A stretch of 64,000 nucleotides of DNA from an uncultured virus (IMG/VR IMGVR_UViG_3300025061_000003) (lineage: Duplodnaviria; Heunggongvirae; Uroviricota; Caudoviricetes), in IMG/VR virus record IMGVR_UViG_3300025061_000003. One strand, written 5' to 3'. Position numbers and translations under genes: made by a program. Below are positions 60,285 to 64,000 of the stretch, one piece after another. Numbering within the stretch: the first letter of the stretch is position 1; each line of letters opens with the position of its first letter. The notes beneath the pieces were generated by a model. The model saw nothing but the letters and a program-made list of their open reading frames with translations, was not told the origin of the DNA and searched no databases.

Positions 60285-60398
60285 TATGAAATATTTAATT
60301 ATTAGAACTAAAAATTGTATTAAAAAAATTCCTAAAAAAATTGAAAAAAAGGATAAATTTTAGTATAATTAACGAGTGTTCTAAATAAAGAGGTTTTT

Positions 60399-60656
60399 AT
60401 GAAAACATTTATTTTAATTTTATTTACTTTATTATCTTTTAATAGCTTTGCTGGTAATGATATTGATTACGAAAGAATTTTAAAGAAGGCAAGTTATGAA
60501 AACTGTCGAATTTCAGTGAAAAATGGAAAAATAACAACTCATAACTGTAAAGCAGAAGATAAAAAAAATGATGTTATTCGTGAAGCTGATTGGGAAATAG
60601 AAAGAGCAGTTAATCGTAAAATTGATAAAACATTAGATAAAATTTTTAAATGGTAA
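60399..60656 (+). CDS. small secreted protein
   Basis: signal peptide SFA-G; GAGGT SD. Confidence 0.7.
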   Translation: MKTFILILFTLLSFNSFAGNDIDYERILKKASYENCRISVKNGKITTHNCKAEDKKNDVIREADWEIERAVNRKIDKTLDKIFKW

Positions 60657-60671
60657 AAAAAACTAATTAGC

Positions 60672-60711
60672 GCAATTTATCCCTGCCCAATCGGGCGAGG
60701 ATTTCTTGCTC
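60672..60711 (-). repeat. IS200/IS605-end-like palindrome, copy B, between convergent genes
   Basis: minus strand GAGCAAGAAATCCTCGCCCGATTGGGCAGGGATAAATTGC. Confidence 0.65.
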
Positions 60712-60721
60712 TTCTTCATCT

Positions 60722-63700
60722 TTATTCACAAATCTCACTACTAGTTAAAGTTTGACTTGTATCTGCATTCACTACTGTTAAACTTCCAGAATCAACAGCT
60801 TGACAGAAATTAGAACCAACTGCTGGTTTTCTTGTATATTGACTTGGATCATCTAAATATACAGGGAATGAAGGATTATTAACTTGTAAATTCTCTAAAT
60901 AAGTAATATCAGTCAAGTTTGGATTACTTGTTAGATATAAGTAACCTTTTAATTCTGAAAGATTTATTAAACCTGATATATCCACAAGGTTATTACCATT
61001 TAAGAATATATCACCTGCTGTGGTTAATGAAAATAATCCATTAATATTATTTAAATTATTTAAACTAACATCTAATCTATCTCTTATTTCACTTACACCA
61101 CCTAAGAAATTTATATGACTTAAATTATTATTTTTTAAGTTTACATTATAAATGGATAGCACATTCCAATTAGAAGTAGGTATTAAGCTATTATCTATAG
61201 CATTATTACTTAAATCAATCGTTATATCATTTGTTTCCATATCAGTAATATAACCATAATCTAACATTACTTTATTATCATAAAAATAAGTCATCCAAGG
61301 GTTAGTTGATGAACATACTTCACCTGCTTTTAGTATTACTTCACCTTCAAGTAAATCCTCTGGTCTTACTTCTGTTGCTAATATTGCTTCACATAATGGT
61401 GTTGATATATTTGGTTTATTTGTATATTGACTTGGATTATTAATATATATAACCGCATTTGATATTTTACTTATTGGAGTTAAATCCTCTACATTATTAT
61501 TACCATTAATTTTTAACTCTTGATTAACATTTGTTAACTCTTCTATTCCTGTTATATTCGATAGGTTATTATAACTAAAATCTACTTCATTTACACTTGT
61601 TATATCATTCATGAAATCTATATGTGTTATTTCATTCTCACTTAAATCAAAATTATAAATTTCAGGTAAATTAATATCAACTTGTGGTAAATCAGAACTT
61701 ACTATACCCCTACTTGATAAATCAGCATCAATATTCTCGGTAATCCAATCCGATAGTTCTAAGTTATCAAGCATTACTTCTTGTTCAAAGAAATATTGTA
61801 ACCATTCATTTGTTGAAGAACAAATCTCATTAACATCTACTTGCCTTGTAGTTGCTTTCACTTCTATAATGATATTATCATTTGCAACATTTATACAGAA
61901 TGGAGTAGTAACATCTGGTTTTGTTATATATTGTGTTGGTTCATCTACATATAATTTACCCAATAATGTTGATAAATCACCTATTTTACTTATATCAACT
62001 AATGGCGAGTTTCCTGAAATATCAAAATCTCCTCCAATATAGTTAAGATTTTCTAATTCTTCTAATGTAACTATATTATTATTATTTAATGATAAATCTC
62101 CTTGTACATTTTCAAGACTACCAAGACCATTTATACTTGTTAATGCATTATTACTTAAATTTAATTCTTCATTTATATTTGTTAAACCTACTAAGAAAAA
62201 TACCGAAGTAATATTGTTATTGCTTATATCAAAATTTAATAAGTTCCCTATGCTTAGAGTACCATCTGGTATATCTGTATCTGTAAATGCATTATTACTT
62301 AAATCAATTGGCGTGGTTTGATTATTTAATTCACTTAACTCATTAATATCAAGAGCTTGACCATTATCCTGAAGGAATTGTAACCATAGCGCACTTGCAT
62401 CACAAATTTCTAAATAAGACACTACCCTTTCTGTTGTTCTTACTAATACATCTCCTGCACTAGCTGCCTGACAGAATGGTGAACTACTATCTGGTTTATT
62501 TATATATTGACTTGGTTTATCAATGTAAATATAGTTATTGTTTGTATCTGTTATATTTGAGATATTTCTTAAATCTTCTACATTTTCATTTTCATTTAAA
62601 TAAACTGTTCCATTTACTGTTGTTAATGAGTCTAAACCTTCAAATGTTGTTAAATTATTATTACTTAAATCAAGATTATTTACGGTTGTAACATTTCTTA
62701 AACCATTTAATGTAGTTAATTGATTACCACTTACGTCTAAATTATTTCTAATAACAATAACATCCGACAAAAACTCTATGTCCGTTAATGTATTATTAGC
62801 CAGTGATATATTGTAGAATGTATTTACACCAAGCGTAATTAATGGTAAATCTTCATTTCCTAATCCATTTCCACTTAAATCTATATTCAAATCTTGAGTT
62901 ACTAAATCATTTAAATCAATATTCCATAATACCTGATTATAATCATGAAATAACTGGAACCATTCGTTTTCTACATTACACACTCTTGCAAGAGCTAACC
63001 TTTCACCAGAAGCTTGTAATCTAACAGCACCAGTCTTAACAGCATTACAGAACGGTGTACCACTTAATGGCTTGTTTGTGTATTGTTCATAATCATCAAG
63101 ATATACCCAATGATGATGGTTTTGGTTAAATGTTGCACAATTTAAATTAGCACAATGATTATGATTGAAATATGTTACAGAAGCTAAATTAGACAAACCT
63201 GTTATATCTGTTAATGTTGGGTTTTGATCTAAAAATAAATCAGCATAAGTCATTTCTGTTAAATTTATTAAACCATTTACATTTTTTAAGTTATTTCTTC
63301 TTAAATTAATTGAATAAATATCAGCACCAGGTCTTCCCGTCCAAGTTCCTGCTGATTCCGATATTGGTTCATGTTGACCACCAAATCTACCAAGATTTAT
63401 TAATCCATCTACATTTTCTAATAAATTATCATATAAGAATACATCACCATTATTAATATTAGTTACACTTACTAATGGATCTATATTTACTAATTGATTA
63501 CTATGTAAAGAAATTTTATCTCTTATAGTAGACACACCCGATAAGAAATCTATGTTGTTTAAATTATTATTATTTAAAATAATAGAGTATATTGAATCAA
63601 CACCTAAATTCCCTTCTGGTAGATTTTCATTTGCTAATCCTAAATTATTTAAATCTGCAATTGAATCATTTGTTTTCCATTGTTGAAGCGAATAATAAGA

Positions 63701-64000
63701 GTCAAAATCAGAATTTAAATTAAAAGCTTTAAGAAAATCTAACCAAGCGAATTCTGATGGAGCATCCGAACAAATTGCGTTGGCTTGTTGTCTATCTCCA
63801 TTATTATATAATTTAACTACACCATTATTTATTCTTTCACATACTATATTTTCATCATATACTAATTTTGTATATTGTGACGGTTCATCTATTTCTATTG
63901 CATTTGCACTTGTAAATTGATTAAACAAAGATATATCTACAAGATTTGCGTTATTTCTTAAATCTAATGTTCCTGTAATTGTTGTTAAATTAGTTAAACC
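60722..64000 (-). CDS. giant modular leucine-rich-repeat protein; 5' end outside the window
   Basis: Frame open through 64000. LxLxxNxL repeats grouped in ~190-aa modules ending in YIDxPSQYxxKP..FC..EIC..W. Confidence 0.85.
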   Translation of the reverse strand, partial: GLTNLTTITGTLDLRNNANLVDISLFNQFTSANAIEIDEPSQYTKLVYDENIVCERINNGVVKLYNNGDRQQANAICSDAPSEFAWLDFLKAFNLNSDFDSYYSLQQWKTNDSIADLNNLGLANENLPEGNLGVDSIYSIILNNNNLNNIDFLSGVSTIRDKISLHSNQLVNIDPLVSVTNINNGDVFLYDNLLENVDGLINLGRFGGQHEPISESAGTWTGRPGADIYSINLRRNNLKNVNGLINLTEMTYADLFLDQNPTLTDITGLSNLASVTYFNHNHCANLNCATFNQNHHHWVYLDDYEQYTNKPLSGTPFCNAVKTGAVRLQASGERLALARVCNVENEWFQLFHDYNQVLWNIDLNDLVTQDLNIDLSGNGLGNEDLPLITLGVNTFYNISLANNTLTDIEFLSDVIVIRNNLDVSGNQLTTLNGLRNVTTVNNLDLSNNNLTTFEGLDSLTTVNGTVYLNENENVEDLRNISNITDTNNNYIYIDKPSQYINKPDSSSPFCQAASAGDVLVRTTERVVSYLEICDASALWLQFLQDNGQALDINELSELNNQTTPIDLSNNAFTDTDIPDGTLSIGNLLNFDISNNNITSVFFLVGLTNINEELNLSNNALTSINGLGSLENVQGDLSLNNNNIVTLEELENLNYIGGDFDISGNSPLVDISKIGDLSTLLGKLYVDEPTQYITKPDVTTPFCINVANDNIIIEVKATTRQVDVNEICSSTNEWLQYFFEQEVMLDNLELSDWITENIDADLSSRGIVSSDLPQVDINLPEIYNFDLSENEITHIDFMNDITSVNEVDFSYNNLSNITGIEELTNVNQELKINGNNNVEDLTPISKISNAVIYINNPSQYTNKPNISTPLCEAILATEVRPEDLLEGEVILKAGEVCSSTNPWMTYFYDNKVMLDYGYITDMETNDITIDLSNNAIDNSLIPTSNWNVLSIYNVNLKNNNLSHINFLGGVSEIRDRLDVSLNNLNNINGLFSLTTAGDIFLNGNNLVDISGLINLSELKGYLYLTSNPNLTDITYLENLQVNNPSFPVYLDDPSQYTRKPAVGSNFCQAVDSGSLTVVNADTSQTLTSSEICE

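Noticed and set aside
79..63024. Short overlapping or antisense ORFs in the track (79, 1209, 4697, 8668, 8896, 11801, 12661, 13816, 15539, 15942, 32188, 35660, 36173, 39099, 39633, 40808, 43073, 51258, 52034, 53233, 56194, 58626, 60094, 62476, 62842)
   Set aside because: They overlap better-supported genes and show no recognisable motifs; treated as shadow ORFs
1..64000. CRISPR array, tRNA or rRNA genes
   Set aside because: No regularly spaced repeats, cloverleaf or T-loop signatures, or rRNA-like sequence noticed by eye; tRNAscan and Infernal were not run
1..64000. Alternative genetic code (stop-codon reassignment)
   Set aside because: Code 11 gives dense full-length genes, and TAA, TAG and TGA all end recognisable proteins at expected positions

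Overview
Very AT-rich (visually about 20-25% GC, not computed), gene-dense window. Most genes lie on the + strand, and many have their own sigma70-like promoter. It looks like the accessory or early region of a jumbo phage or another very large extrachromosomal element. DUF3718, DUF1439, DsbA and AsnRS genes point to a gammaproteobacterial host. No virion, replication, rRNA, tRNA or CRISPR genes were recognised. Recognisable cargo: a dispersed RNA-repair toolkit (two T4 Rnl1-like ligases, KptA/Tpt1, an NTase-like/PNKP-type HAD fusion, a cyclic-phosphate receiver-like protein, several phosphoesterases), AsnRS, a dGTPase-CYTH-deaminase trio, two long RNase H proteins, nucleases, a rhomboid, a giant LRR protein truncated at the window edge, and two broken tnpB genes. 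One tnpB sits in an IS608-like element whose ends can be mapped exactly. The most striking signal is that about 20 (up to 23) mostly unrelated proteins end in the same motif, hydrophobic-x-x-Phe-COOH (e.g. KINNF, KINDF, NIDNF), suggesting a shared C-terminal sorting or recognition signal. Several candidate structured non-coding RNAs are also present. Family assignments come from motif recognition only, with no database searches.
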